The notes under the pieces are model-generated. The model did no database searches. It saw only the letters and a program-made list of their open reading frames with translations, and was not told where the DNA came from. A DNA stretch of 64,000 bases from Paramoeba atlantica (taxonomy: Eukaryota; Protista; Discosea). The position numbers and the translations under genes are program-made. The DNA lies in the NCBI GenBank assembly GCA_977017575.1, contig CDRNVI010000087.1:186001-250000 (forward strand). The letters run 5' to 3'. This document shows, piece after piece, positions 49,036 to 60,339 of the stretch (the first letter of the stretch is position 1; every line of letters begins with the position of its first letter).

Positions 49036-50034
49036 ATGACGCCTGTCAACTTCAAATATTGTTTTACCCGTCGATTATCTCATTTACCCATTGCCTTAGC
49101 ACTTCATTTATTTTCTTCTACTATCGATTTCATGATACCAATTCTACATTTTTCGGACGAAGCGAAGCAACCAAATCGGTATGGATTACGGCTTAGCGAC
49201 AAAGACTCATCCGGTGCCAAAACATTAAGCGCTCATACGGCGCGTACACAGTCTCGCCCATCAAAGATAGGAAAGATAAACTTACCGCTAGAATTCGATC
49301 TTCTTCGAATGTTAAGCAATGTTACTGCTAGCTTTCAAGGTTACGACTGTCCCATAAAGTCCTGGAATGAATACACGCCAGCCTGTGAGTGGGAATACTT
49401 CAGGTGTAATTCACACGGTCAAGTGAACAGTCTCGAAGTTAGGGGAAACGAAAAGTTACGGGGTACCTTGCAGTGGGCATACATGCCCCAAACGTTCGAG
49501 TCCTTTTATATAGCGCGCCATGACCTGCAGGGGAGTATACCTTTGGAATATCTATCACGGGAGATGAAAGATTTTGATGTCAGCCATAACGCCTTCAATG
49601 GAAAATTGGATTTTCCACAGCTTCCTATAACGCTGGAGAAGCTTCGGTTAGGGGGGAACATGTTTGAGGGTACGCTTGATTTAACGAACCTTCCTATAGG
49701 CCTTACCGAGCTTCAGGCGAACAGCAACAAATTTTCCGGAAGTGTTGGCCTGAGTACTTTGCCTCCACAACTTAGAATGCTTGACCTTAGTGAAAACGCT
49801 TTTACCGGCACCCCGGATTTATGTTCTTTCCCACCTTGTCTACGAAAAGTATTTCTAAATGACAACGACTTCGATGGTTGCGCTCAATTTGATTTCCTTC
49901 ATGAAGGATTGCATGTGCTTCAGCTCTATAACAACCCTAATCTTTGTGGTCGAATAAATATGTCATTTCTGCCCACAAAATTGAGTATCTTTTCGATTCC
50001 GCACTACGACACGAACATTCAACATGGATATTAG
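49036..50034 (+). CDS. Leucine-rich repeat protein
   Basis: Family cap plus LRRs; close paralog of 52525-53475. Confidence 0.85.
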   Translation: MTPVNFKYCFTRRLSHLPIALALHLFSSTIDFMIPILHFSDEAKQPNRYGLRLSDKDSSGAKTLSAHTARTQSRPSKIGKINLPLEFDLLRMLSNVTASFQGYDCPIKSWNEYTPACEWEYFRCNSHGQVNSLEVRGNEKLRGTLQWAYMPQTFESFYIARHDLQGSIPLEYLSREMKDFDVSHNAFNGKLDFPQLPITLEKLRLGGNMFEGTLDLTNLPIGLTELQANSNKFSGSVGLSTLPPQLRMLDLSENAFTGTPDLCSFPPCLRKVFLNDNDFDGCAQFDFLHEGLHVLQLYNNPNLCGRINMSFLPTKLSIFSIPHYDTNIQHGY

Positions 50035-50238
50035 TTTTTCGGAGGAGAGAGGAGGAGAATAAATTGTATTTCTAGCAAACCGCGCTTTGTATTTGTCCCG
50101 GTGAAATAGCGAGCTACAGATGCAAGCCACATGTATAAACTACAGATACAATACACGGCCACGGTCGCGGTAACGAAGAATCATAAGAGAATAAAGGTAT
50201 TTCACAAGGTTTTTTGCGCTGCTGAGCGACGAAAAGTA

Positions 50239-50573
50239 CCGTCAAAGTACTTATTAACAATATTAATAATTAACGGAATGTCTTTTTGGGCAGAAATTAT
50301 TCCGTTCATTATTATTCCAATGATTTTTACTAAATTTCTACAAAACTTTAAGCGTCAAGAGAAGCGGTCTGCCGATACGTCTTAATCGATTCATCTTTTC
50401 GCGGTAACGTCGCTTTTTTTTTTCAGGAGAGAAATACGTCGAATTTTGTTGATAAACAGACCGCCCACTGACTAAAATTTTTGGGAAGATTTTGGTGAAA
50501 ATCTAAAAAAATATAATTATTCCGTTAATTATTATTCCAATGATTTTTATTCTGTTAATAAGTACTTTGACGG
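50239..50573. mobile_element. MITE with TIR CCGTCAAAGTACTTATTAACA and TA flanks
   Basis: Inverted termini at 50239 and 50573. Absent from the paralogous flank near 53665. Confidence 0.7.
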
Positions 50574-51559
50574 TATAACGAAAGTATAACAGAAATATCT
50601 TTTTTGACGTAACGATACAGGGGTGAACAGAAATCTTGCCCCCCCCCCCTGCGGAAAATTGATTGTTTTTATCCGTTTTTGCTCATCTTTGTAGCATTGC
50701 GGAGATCTCGTTTTCCTAGAGAAGGGCTTTGCCACCTTTTTTCATAGTGACCCCCTGGTGCTCATACGGCGACCCGAAAATCGACCAAAAACAACTCAAA
50801 TTTTGAAAATTAAGTGAGAAAATGCAGAAAATGCCGATCAGTAAGAACTAATACGTGATCTAAACTTTGTAGATTAGTACCCAGAAAGTCCGCCGTCATT
50901 TTCTAATACTATTCGTTTTTTTTTGGATTTAGGGTTTGTAGGTCTTGTTTTCATAGTTTCACAAAAGGGTAAAATGTACGTGACGGGTAAAAATTTGCTA
51001 AAAATCATGTTTTTTATCCCAGGAGAGCTCTAAGGAGCCATTAAGAAAGAAATGCAGCAAGACTATTCGCCATGAGAACGAGATTCATCAAACATTTTAG
51101 AAAAACTTTGGTCCTTTTCTGCTAATTTTTTAATATTCCTATACCTCGTAATATTCCTATACCCTCTTAATATTCCTACCAGGAATATTAACCCGGACAG
51201 TGGTTTAAAATAACCAATAAGAAACTTTTATGTTGTAATTTTAAAGTAGGCAACATTTTACCGGGCCGCTGTTGTTCGTGTGCTGTCCACTATTGTTGGA
51301 GGTACTGAATACCAGCGAGATTCGGTTTTCCGAGACCATTAATTTTTCGTGGATGTCTGCCTCCCTGAAGTTAGGAAACCGCCTATCAAGTTAGAGAATG
51401 GGTGATTTTCCGAATAACTTGCTCTGTCAAACACATTTGTGACAGTTTGTTCTTTGATTCGAAGGAGAATACGTTTCTCCGTATTTTTCAAAGCAACCCA
51501 ATCGTAAACCACGTAAAATAGAAAAGAATTCAAATTTATCATAATTAGCGGACACCCGC

Positions 51560-51950
51560 GTTCCTCCTTGTTCCGCGGAGGATAGTATCGCGGCGTTGCC
51601 TTTCTGAACAGCAACATTAATAGCTTGTAGTGCATGACGCAGGAAACCTTTCCTGTCCTGCGTATACCTTGCGATCTCCTTTAGGAGGAGTACGGTGCGC
51701 TTCCCTGTCACACCAAAAACGGTAAATGCAAGGGGGTAGAAATGCATATACCTTTTCGTCGCCATATCACTGTGCGCTTTTTCTTTTAAGCTTTCCACCC
51801 TTTCTAGAGTGTTGCCAGGTGCTACCCATTCGGCCTTAACATAAGAAGGGGCGAGGGGGTTAACGACGGTTACGTCCACCAGACATACCTTCCCTCCCGG
51901 CATAAAGCAGACGTCGGGGCCCCGACCATCGGAGAATCGGGGTTCATGAT
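51560..51950 (-). pseudogene. 3' fragment of a third CRE-like retrotransposon (RLE endonuclease domain)
   Basis: RC NHEPRFSDGRGPD..LVDVTVVNPLAPSYV...FYPLAFT...AVQKGNA, homologous to the C-terminus of 55543-58374. Confidence 0.8.
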
Positions 51951-52176
51951 TGTCAGGAGTGAATTCAAATCAAATGCTCTCCTCATGCAGCGGAGAGGTT
52001 TCCTTCTCTATTTCGGCATGGGAGCGAAAGTTAAGGTAGTGTTAGTGGGAATGAAAAACTGGAGGGGACGTTACATGTGCAGGAAGTGGTAAAGGGTTTG
52101 AGGTACGATGTGAGGGAGAGGCGCATTTTTGTTAAAGCCGGCAGGGGGTCGCTGTACGCAAACCACTGCAATATTA

Positions 52177-52490
52177 CCGTATACCCCCCCCAGTAAGATA
52201 CCCCCAAGTAAGAGAGGTTTGACCCTTTTTGGGCTGACCCCGAGTAAGAGAGATTTGGCTTGGGAGCCCCACAGGGGGCGTATAGGTGGTAGGGGGTGGG
52301 TGTCTGCATGTTGGGGGTCTCGGGGGTAACCCAAAGAAGCGTTTTAACACGTTTCCAGAAGAAAAAATAGAAAAAATAGTCAAAAAAGTTGGGAGAAAAG
52401 AGGAAACTGGACAAAAAAGCATACCCCCCCAGTAAGAGAGATTTGGCCATTTCGGCCCAAAACCCATTCTCTTACTGGGGGGGTATACGG
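52177..52490. mobile_element. MITE with TIR CCGTATACCCCCCCAGTAAGA and TA TSD
   Basis: Inverted termini, TA at 52175-6 and 52491-2. Related ends lie at ~19650-19820 and ~33870-33945. Confidence 0.75.
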
Positions 52491-52524
52491 TAATAAAGGA
52501 ATTTTTTGTCGTAGGTGCATTACC

Positions 52525-53475
52525 TTGTTTCTTAATTCCTATTGCCCAGTATATTTTTGTGTGGCGTATCTATTTATTTTTACTGTCCATTTAATGGCAC
52601 TAAGTCTATGCTTTTTCGACAAAAAGGACCAGCCAAAGCGGGTCGGATTTCGGCTTAGCGATAAAGAGTCATCCGGCGCCAAAGTATTGAATGTTGATAC
52701 TGAATTTACAGAAATTCGCCCCTCGGAGACAGGCAAGATAAATCTGCCGCAAGAATTCGATCTCCTTCGAATGCTAAGCAACGTTACGAATTTAGACGAA
52801 AAAAACTGGAATGAATTCACGCCAGCCTGTGAGTGGCACCACGTAGTTTGCAATTCACATGGTGAAGTGAGTTATTTCAATGTCCGCCACTTTGGAGTGC
52901 GGGGTACCTTGCAGTGGGCATACTTGCCGCAAACACTGGAGGGCTTCTCTATGGCTGACAATGACCTGCGGGGGAGTATACCTTTGGAACATCTATCACG
53001 GGAGATGAAAGTGTTTGATGTTAGCCATAACGCCTTCAATGGTGAATTGAATTTTCCACAGCTTCCTATAACGCTGGAGAAGCTTCGGTTAGGGAGGAAC
53101 ATGTTTGAGGGTACGCTTGATTTAACGAACCTTCCTATAGGCCTTACGGAACTTCAGGCGAACAGCAACAAATTTTCCGGAAGTATCTGCCTAAGTACTT
53201 TGCCTCCACAACTTAGAATGCTTGACCTGAGTGAAAACGCTTTTACGGGCACCCCGGATTTATGTTCTTTCCCACCTTGTCTACGAAAAGTATTTTTGAA
53301 TGATAACAATTTCGATGGTTGCGCTCAATTTGATTTCCTTCATGAAAAATTGCAAGTGCTTCAGCTCTATAACAACCCTAATCTTTGTGGTCGAATAAAT
53401 ATGTCATTACTGCCCACAAAATTGAGTATCTTTTCGATTCCGCACTACGAAACGCAAATTCAACACGGATATTAG
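52525..53475 (+). CDS. Leucine-rich repeat protein (paralog of 49036-50034)
   Basis: Near-identical C-terminal two-thirds, diverged cap. Confidence 0.85.
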   Translation: MFLNSYCPVYFCVAYLFIFTVHLMALSLCFFDKKDQPKRVGFRLSDKESSGAKVLNVDTEFTEIRPSETGKINLPQEFDLLRMLSNVTNLDEKNWNEFTPACEWHHVVCNSHGEVSYFNVRHFGVRGTLQWAYLPQTLEGFSMADNDLRGSIPLEHLSREMKVFDVSHNAFNGELNFPQLPITLEKLRLGRNMFEGTLDLTNLPIGLTELQANSNKFSGSICLSTLPPQLRMLDLSENAFTGTPDLCSFPPCLRKVFLNDNNFDGCAQFDFLHEKLQVLQLYNNPNLCGRINMSLLPTKLSIFSIPHYETQIQHGY

Positions 53476-54896
53476 TTTTTCAGAGGAGACAGGAGAAGAA
53501 TAAATTGGTTTTCTAGCAAACCGCATTTTGTATTTCTCCCGGTAAAAAAACAGGCTCCAGATGCAAGCGACAGATATAAACTACAGGTACAATACACTGC
53601 CAAGGACACGATAGCGAAGAATCATAAGAGAGTAAGGTATTTTACAAAATGTTTTTTGTGCTGCTGTGCAACGAAAGTATAACACAATTAAAATATCTTT
53701 TTTGACGTAACGGTATTATTTTAACTATATTATTTTCACATGTGTTATTTGTAAGATGAATTATGTTGTTATTTTGTAAGATGAACCACGATTTTCTGGG
53801 AACCTTCAACAAACACCAGCGAGATGATGGAGTGCCCTTCGGGCTGAAGAGGGAAGTGACGGCCAACCGGCTGTCATGTGCCGTCCGGGAGATAGAGAGA
53901 GAGTACCTGATGACAAGGGACGCCCTCTACACCGAGTGGCTAGACCTCCTCTGTCAGGACGCTCGCCAGGAATACAGACACTGTCAGCTTGTCATAGACA
54001 AAGCCCACCTTTGTCAGACCTGCGGACAAGTTTTTCGTGACCAGCGCCGCCTGATCGAACACAAAGCCGTCCATGAAGTGGCCGCGGCCCGAGCGATGGT
54101 TTCCCGCCTTTCCTCTGAGCACCGGCAGGGAGCCATGATGATTGCCGAACATCAGTGGGCCTCTGCCGCCGACCTCTTCGGCCGTCTCTTTCAAGAACTC
54201 CAAAACCTATATGCTCTCCCCCCCGGCCCCTCCCCCGGCCCCACCGAAATGCAAAACTTGGAGGTGGACGAACCTCCCCCTCCCTTTGCCGCCGAATCTC
54301 CCGCCCTCACAAACACCCTAACTGACGCCCCTAGCGGGCCTTACTCATCACCCCCCAACCAGCAAGGCGGACACCAACCCCCATGTTCGACGCAACTCCC
54401 CGAAGACAGTTGGACTAGGGTCAATTTACACCTCGGACCCCACTTAGCCGGACACATCCAGGTCCCCGTCCCGGCCAGAAACCCCCTACAAGGACTCGTA
54501 CAAGCAGTAGGCTTCACTTTGGGGGTCCCCCCCGACCGCATAAGCCTAACCCACGAACCGGGAGGGTCTTACCTCGAGACCGATGAGGACCTGGCAGAGG
54601 CCGAGTGCATTTGGGCCTCTCTGCTAACCCCAAACCATGGCCCCTCCCACGGTCCCCACGTCAAAGTCTTCGACGGATCGGCAGCAGGGGCAAGTATTGA
54701 GACGCCATCGGACCTCCCAGGTGAACACATCCCCTTTTTCCTATGTCACGCCCTGGGGATAGCCCAGTGCTTCGCAGGAGCCTGGACCCCGTTCGTGTCG
54801 GAGGACGGAACGGCTTGCTGGAGCTTCACACCGACGGAGGGTCTGATAGCCGACTCGGGATGGTCGGCCGAGTTAGTCCGATGTAACCTCCGCAGA

Positions 54897-54923
54897 GGGT
54901 GCATCGAGGCCAACCCGGGACCA
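54897..54923 (+). other. 2A/StopGo-like motif GCIEANPGP
   Basis: In-frame LRRGCIEANPG|P versus the consensus GD(V/I)ExNPG|P (D replaced by C). Confidence 0.5.
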
Positions 54924-55124
54924 CGTCGCGGAAAACGGAAGAATACCTCGCCTAAATCCTCCTGCCCCGAGGACAGTAACCTCGTGAACACAACAGGACA
55001 GACGAGCCAGACGAGCACATACACCGAGGATACTCCCACCCCGCGACCAGACCTGCACAGTACAGACCCAAATTCCACATCCCAGCCTCAGGAGGGGGTC
55101 ATGCAGGACGCCTGCGTGGATAGC

Positions 55125-55625
55125 GCCGAGGCTGGCAGCCTCAGAGCGGGCCCGTATCCAAAATCCCATTGTAATGGGGGGCCCATCCTGACACCCAACA
55201 GCTCTTCATCGGGCCCTAAGTATACATCCCCTGTTCTGGGGGGGGCCATGCCGAATGCCAGCGAGGATTGCGCCGAGGCTGGCAGCCTCAGAGCGGGCCC
55301 GTATCCAAAATCCCATTGTAATGGGAGGCCCATCCTGACACCCAACAGCTCTCCATTGGGCCCTAAGCATACATCCCCTGTTCTGGGGGGGGCCATGCCG
55401 AATGCCAGCGAGGATTGCGCCGAGGCTGGCAGCCTCAGAGCGGGCCCGTATCCAAAATCCCATTGTAATGGGAGGCCCATCCTGACACCCAACAGCTCTC
55501 CATTGGGCCCTAAGCATACATCCCCTGTTCTGGGGGGGGGCCATGCCGAATGCCAGCGAGGATTGCGCCGAGGCTGGCAGCCTCAGAGCGGGCCCGTATC
55601 CAAAATCCCATTGTAATGGGGGGCC
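55125..55625 (+). repeat. 147-bp (49-aa) in-frame tandem repeat in the retrotransposon ORF, ~3.5 copies
   Basis: Unit starts at 55125, 55272, 55419 and 55567 (last period 148, which causes the frameshift). Confidence 0.9.
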
Positions 55626-58600
55626 CACCCCGCTCTCTCGCGGGACGCTGATCGAGCACATCGCGGCGGCTGCAAATGTGCCCAAAATTCCTCAGCGGAC
55701 GACAGGAGAGGGGGGGTCATTGGTGGTGGGAGGGCCGTCTTCTATCATAGGAAACCTGCAATCCACCCCGACAACCCAGGGCGCTCCAATTGAGGAACGA
55801 GGACAAGCCCCTTCCCCCGAAAACTTAGCGGAGCTCCTCGGGAGGGGGTCCTTACGTAAACTCTATGCAATCCAATGCCCGGCATGGAAGGAATACACTG
55901 CCAGCGTATGCCATGACTTCCTAAACAAGTCAGCGGAGGGCAAGGTCGAGATGGCCTGGAACCTCCTCCTTGCCGTTAAACGCTTCCTCTTCCTCCCTGA
56001 GGACAAGCTGTCGCAACGACAGCTAGCACGCGAACTCAGAATGCGTGCCCACCTAGAGGGTTCGGAGACCTTGGCTCCATCCCCGAGTCAGGCCAACGGC
56101 CCCCCATGGTCCGTCAAAAAGAGGGTGGAGGAATTATGCAGGGCGGGATGCTTCTCTAGGGCAGCCAAAACGATGGAGGCGCCCCTCAATCCACCGGCCA
56201 ACCCCACGGCTGCCCTCGAACAGGCTAAGCGCCTACACCCCACAGGTGGGCCCTACACTGCGGGGAAATTCCGCTACAATAAAGACCGGCACGGAACCCT
56301 ACCCTCCCCTGCCGATGTGGCCAGGAAGGCTCAAAGCCTGGCCCCTATCCGCGCCCCAGGACCCACGGGGTGGACCAAGGAACTTCTCATCCCAGTCCTA
56401 ATGGAGGACGGACCCCGGGACTGTGTCACGTGGATAATCCACGGGATCATGACAAACTCCCTCCCCCCCTCAATGAGGGAACTGCTCACGGGGGCGTCCT
56501 TAAAACTCTTTACGAAACCGGACGCCCCGGCGGGGCACCACTCTTCCTACAGGCCCATCGCCATGGGGGAGTGCATCCTCAAGGTGGCGGGACTCCTTGC
56601 CCTGGAGAAAATCCGGGGACACCTCCCCACATACTTTCAGGGCATCCAGTTTGGAGCCCAATATACGCAGGGGTGTGAGCACATAATATACAATGTGCGG
56701 CAACACTTTAGGGATAGGCCGAATGAGGTCATCGTGGCGGCAGACCTCGAGAATGCCTTTAATAGCATCTCAAGGTCGGCAATTTTTAGGGCGGTAAGGG
56801 GGGATCCGAAACTTCTCCCCATTGAGGGCATTACCCTCTTCAGCTACGGTACAACAAGTACCCTTCAACTTGGGGAAGGCCAATCCATCACGAGCTCAAG
56901 GGGGGTCAAGCAAGGTGACCCCATGGCTCCCATCCTATTTGCCATAGGGATCCAGGGGGCAATCGCCAGAGTGGCGGCCAACTTCACAGGCACACTGAAA
57001 GTCTGGGCGTACCTGGACGACGTCACCTTCGCTGGTGAACCTAGGGTATGCGCGGAAGCCCTAGAGGCCCTCCGCGAGGAGCTGAAACATCTTGGGCTGC
57101 GGCTAGACACCGCCAAATGTAAAGTAGCCACAAGACACAAGGACCTCTTCTCCGAGTTCTCCGGATCTCGTATGGTTCACTCCCTCGGGGGGGTCAAGCT
57201 ACTGGGGGCGTTCATCGGGGTGTCGGAGGCTAGGGAAGAAGAATGGGTGCTTTCCAAGGCCCCCAAGGTAATCTCCTTCTTGGGGAAACTTAAGGACATT
57301 AGCAGGCAATGTGCCTTGCCCCTCTTAAGACTCTGTGGGAGTCCTCGATGGAATTACATCGTAAGGACCCACGAGCCCCCGGTCACTAAAGAGGCCAATA
57401 CCCAGGTCGACAAAGCCGTCCTGGCATGTGCTGAGGCCTTGCTCGGGGGGATGGGCTCCTTGGGAAAAACGCCGTTTTCTAATAACCTCTTCACGGCAGA
57501 TTTCCTGGGGACCATCCCCTTCGAGCACAAGGCCGAAGACATGCAGGCCAAGGCGAAGAACGCTCTACAGGGCCGACCCCAAGGCATGTCAGCCAAGGAG
57601 CAGCGACGCAACCTCTGTGACGTCGCGTTGGGGAAAGCCCCGACGGCTACCCAACTGGTCTGCATGCGACAGACCCAGCGCTTTCACTCCACTAAGTGGA
57701 GGAACGCATGGCCGAACAGGCCGGAGTATTACATGCGGGACCCACAGTGGGAGACTGCGGCCCGTCTCCGGTACTTGGTCGCCCCTACCTCGGAGCCTGA
57801 GCTCCAGTGCGTGTGCGGTGCAACCCTCCGCAATGAGGATTTTTGCGTACACGCACTGGATTGCAAGAAGGTTAAGGGGAAGACCCAGGCCTCCCGCCAC
57901 AAGGAGGTCAAGGAAACCTTCCGAAACCTTCTAGTCCAGTATGGGTTCAAACCGGACTTACACGAACCGAGGTTCGACAATGGACGGGGGCCGGACTTAT
58001 GCTTCCAGCTGGGACGGAAGACCGTCCTTGTGGATGTAACGGTCGTGAACCCACTGGCCCCGTCCTACGTGGAGAAGGAGGCCGCAGAGCCTTCTCACAC
58101 CCTGAGGATGGCCGAGGCCAACAAGCGGCGCTCCCACGATGAGATGGCGACCGCCCGAGGGATGGAATTTTACCCCTTGGCTTTCACCACGTACGGGATC
58201 CCGGGCCCAGAGACTTTGAACTTCCTAACCAAGGTGGCCCGGGCCCACACATCCGACAAGAACGGATGCATGTCTCACCTCCTGATGGCCATCGGGGTGG
58301 CCATCCAGAGAGGGAACGCCCAGATTGTACAGGCGGCGGTACAAGACTGGTACCGCCGCGGGGTACGAGGTTAGCTGGGCTAGGGGGTTTAGGGAGGGAA
58401 CCAAAAAAAAAAAAAAAGGGTTCACAAGCCAGGCCGAGGAGTGGTCGAAAGACCCGGTCCGGAACGCGCGAATGGTTAGGGAGTCACCCGCACGCCGGGT
58501 GAGGTGAAGCTGAGGGAGACCTTACCCTCCCTGAGAAGTTGAAAAGTGGGGTAGGGGAAAGTAGAGAAGTAGGGAGAAAAGTGGGAAAAGTAAGTCAAAG

Positions 58601-58666
58601 GGGGAGAAAGTGAGAGAGAAAGAGGGGAAAGTGGAAAATTTTCAAAAAAAAAAAAAAAAAAAAAAA

Positions 58667-58739
58667 GGGGGAGCATGGTCGGGACCTCCTCGTGGTCTTC
58701 CCCGGCACTGCCATCTTTCAGATGGTACTGACGCCGACC
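58667..58739 (+). ncRNA. HDV-like self-cleaving ribozyme
   Basis: P1 GGGGGAG/CUUCCCC, P2 GGUCGG/CCGACC, P3 ACC/GGU, L3 UCCUCGU, P1.1 CC/GG, P4 UGCCAUC/GAUGGUA, J4/2 CUGA. Confidence 0.85.
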
Positions 58740-60266
58740 TTTAACCTAAAAGTGGGGTAGGGGAAAGTAGAGAAGTAGGGAGAAAAGTGGGAAAAGTAAG
58801 TCAAAGGGGGAGAAAGTGAGAGAGAAAGAGGGGAAAGTGGAAAATTTTCAAAAAAAAAAAAAAAAAAAAAAACCCGGTCCGGAACGCGCGAATGGTTAGG
58901 GAGTCACCCGCACGCCGGGTGAGGTGAAGCTGAGGGAGACCTTACCCTCCCTGAGAAGTTGAAAAGTGGGGTAGGGGAAAGTAGAGAAGTAGGGAGAAAA
59001 GTGGGAAAAGTAAGTCAAAGGGGGAGAAAGTGAGAGAGAAAGAGGGGAAAGTGGAAAATTTTCAAAAAAAAAAAAAAAAAAACCTCCCCGTCGGCCAGCA
59101 TCCTGTTTCGCGACCGTGTCGCTGTTGACACAGGCCCGCGCCTGCGCCCTCCCATATAGCAAGGGAAGGGTTCACAAGTCAGGCCGTGGAGTGGTCGAAA
59201 GACCCGGTCCGGAACGCGCGAATGGATTGGGTCTGTATTGCTTGTTTTAGTTTTTACTGTTTCTTGTTTGTAGTATATACTTAGGGGAGATTAAATTGCT
59301 AGTTTTGGGCTGAGAAAAAACAAAAGGTACATCTGTGGAAACAAAAAGAATTGCTAATTTGATTGCTTGTTTTCAACTCGTATACCCCCCCCAATGGACC
59401 TACTTGGTTCGTCTACTGGGTCAAAATATAGAGGCAATGCCGCGATTCATACTTAAAAAAAAAAAAAAAAAGGGGGGGGGGGCACCCCCATCAAATACAC
59501 TCCTTTTTGTCGGCATCCCCCTTCCCCGTCTCGTCCCATCACCCCCCTGCGCCGCATCCCCCCACCTCACCCTCCCTCCGCAGAGCGCTTGCCCCCCTGT
59601 TGTGTTTCTCTCTCGCGTCCACCACCCCCGTGTCAGCAGCCAAAAGTATACAATACTTGCTCACGGGGTGGGGGCAGAGTTCCTGGCAGATGGTCCCGTG
59701 CTTCGCCTCCTCTCACCCCTGCGTCAGTCGCCCCGTGTCTCTCTCCGCGCTCTTCTCCCTCGGCGTGACGACGTCTTTGTGTTTCGTGGCCTCCACGTCT
59801 CCCACCCTCGTACGGCAACCAAAAGTATTTATTACTGCTAACGGGGTGGGAGCGGAGGTGCAGGACCATACGGGCCTCGGTGCATGCGGATCGGTGAGTG
59901 GGGTAGGGAGTGAGGGAAGGGAAGTACGAGAGGGCTAAGAGGAGTAGGTGTGGAAAGTATGGGGAGTAAGGGAAAGTGAAGGGCCGTAAGTGTGGAAATT
60001 GTGGAAAAGTTGGACTCCATACATAAAAAGTTAGACTCAATACTATTCCCCCCAATTATTTGCAAAAAAAAAAAAAAAAAAAAAAAATATTCGCGGAACG
60101 CGCGAATGGATTGGGCATAAATTGCTTCTTTTTATTATTATTGTTATCAAAATCATAAATACTGTAACTTAAGGCAGGTTGAATTATTAGTTTTGGGCTA
60201 CAACATGTGAAATTGCTAATTTGATTGCTTGTTTACAAATCATATACAAAAAAAAAAAAAAAAAAA

Positions 60267-60339
60267 GGGGGAGCATGGTCGGGACCTCTTCGTGGTCTTC
60301 CCCGGCACTGCCATCTTTCAGATGGTACTGACGCCGACC
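60267..60339 (+). ncRNA. HDV-like self-cleaving ribozyme (L3 variant UCUUCGU)
   Basis: Identical to 58667-58739 except for one C>U change in L3. Confidence 0.8.

Larger units (their letters stand above)
53763..58417 (+). mobile_element. CRE-clade (CRE/SLACS/CZAR-like) RLE non-LTR retrotransposon. One long ORF is split by a +1 G in a homopolymer at ~55532-55541; short 3' UTR and A15 tail
   Basis: C2H2 finger CQTCGQVF...HKAVH; RT motifs RPIA, GVKQGDP and YLDD; CCHC CVCG...HALDC; RLE GPDLCF...VDVTVVNP; poly(A) at 58403-58417. Confidence 0.92.

Noticed and set aside
58418-58480. Twister ribozyme (GGUUCACAAGCC...GAGGAGUG + GAAA hairpin)
   Set aside because: The required UAA cleavage loop and its pseudoknot partner are missing after the hairpin. 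Kept only as an unidentified structured RNA.
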